A stretch of DNA of 33,693 nucleotides, taken from Octopus bimaculoides (taxonomy: Eukaryota). This document shows positions 32,745 to 33,693 of this stretch, piece after piece; positions within the stretch are counted from its first letter, which is position 1; each line of letters starts with the position of its first letter. Location: the NCBI RefSeq assembly GCF_001194135.2, contig NC_068983.1, forward strand, positions 106,424,768-106,458,460, read 5' to 3'. The position numbers were made by a program, and so were the translations under genes. A model generated the notes under the pieces. It made no database searches. It saw only the letters and a list, made by a program, of their open reading frames with translations, and had not been told where the DNA came from.

Positions 32745-33212
32745 TTAATCTTTTATTCGTTTCGGTCATTAGACTGCGCTCATACTGGAGCACTGTCTTG
32801 AAGGGTTTTAGTCGAAAAAATCGATCCCAGTACTCATTTCTTTTTCAAGACCTGGTACTTATTCTATATGTTTCTTTTTTTTTTTACCAAACAGCCCAGT
32901 TACGAGGATGTAAACAAACCAACAGCAGTTGTCAAGCAGTGGTGGACACACACACACACACACGTACGTACGCACGCACTCAGAACCAACCCCCACATGC
33001 ACACGCATACAGCAGGCTTCTTTCAGTTTCCGTCTACGAAATCCACTCACAAGGCTTTAGTTGGCTCAGCGCTATAGAAGAAAACAATTTCCCAGGATGC
33101 TACTTATTTCAGGTTTGGTCCCACTGCATAGCACCAAGAACAAATGTTTCTACTATAGCCCCAAGTCGACAAAAGCCTTGAGTGGACTTGGAAGACAGAA
33201 ACTTTGTGGAAG
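32745..33212. mobile_element. SINE family A (minus, 32745-33105) abutting an inverted head fragment (plus, 33112-33212)
   Basis: tttcagtttccgtctacgaaatccactcacaaggc on one side; ctactatagccccaagtcgacaaaagccttgagtggacttggaagacagaaact on the other. Confidence 0.75.
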
Positions 33213-33269
33213 CTGATTATATATATATATATTTTCCCTAAAACTATATATTTTATATATATATATATA

Positions 33270-33435
33270 TATTGCCATAGGCATAACTACAGGGTTTTAC
33301 CCCCCAGACTTTTGGAGGTCATAACTTTCAGAAAAATGAATATTTTTTAATGAAATTTTCTATGCATAAAATATTTTCGTCGCTTTGAGACCGCGACAAA
33401 ATTTTGTTCACTGACAAAATTCTGTGCTGCATCTG
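33270..33435. mobile_element. Fragment sharing the core of the 27393 palindromic MITE
   Basis: aaaatattttcgtcgctttgagaccgcgac..tcactgacaaaattctgtgctgcatc. Confidence 0.65.
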
Positions 33436-33464
33436 AGAAAGTAATAGTTAGTTCATGATATATA

Positions 33465-33693
33465 TGTACATGTGTATGTATGTATGTATGTATGTGCGTG
33501 TACATGTGTGCGCGTATGCATCTGTGTACATGCGTATGCATGTGTGCATGCCTATACACATGTATGTATATATGTATATATGTATGTATGTGAGTATGCA
33601 CGTATGTACTTATGGATGTACGTGAGTAATAGGGTAAATGTGTAGACGTGTTTGTGTGTGTGTGTGTGTGTGTGTGCATATGTATGTACATGT
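33465..33693. repeat. Degenerate (TATG)/(TG) microsatellite
   Basis: Direct reading. Confidence 0.9.

Noticed and set aside
714-33691. Numerous track ORFs rich in CV/YI/HT/MYV repeats or X runs
   Set aside because: Translations of microsatellites and N gaps; not genes.

Overview
AT-rich, microsatellite-laden eukaryotic DNA with three N gaps. The SINE/LINE repertoire looks like an octopod cephalopod (inference from recognised repeat families). Most of the window is transposon debris: three R4/Dong-type LINE fragments, several RTE-type 3' ends (one ending in two intact C2H2 fingers), a Tx1/L1-type fragment, three Penelope-like elements (PLEs) plus a probable PLE terminal-repeat family clustered at 6-13.3 kb, two Buster-type hAT transposons (one with intact 8-bp TSDs), a full-length defective mariner, a palindromic MITE and many copies of three tRNA-derived SINE families (called A, B, C here). 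Almost all ORF-track entries are microsatellite or TE artefacts. Scattered small minus-strand segments with good splice signals suggest the window lies inside an unidentified multi-exon host gene (possible start MGNTEIK at 32.4 kb). Best finds: a minimal type-I hammerhead ribozyme at the 3' end of a PLE (13.16-13.26 kb), inversion/duplication architectures in two PLEs, R4 elements always embedded in (TACA)n, serial same-site SINE insertion with a repeated target duplication, and an isolated 71-nt hairpin. I found no evidence of a wholly new system beyond these. Repeat coordinates are by eye and approximate unless a TSD or TIR is quoted.
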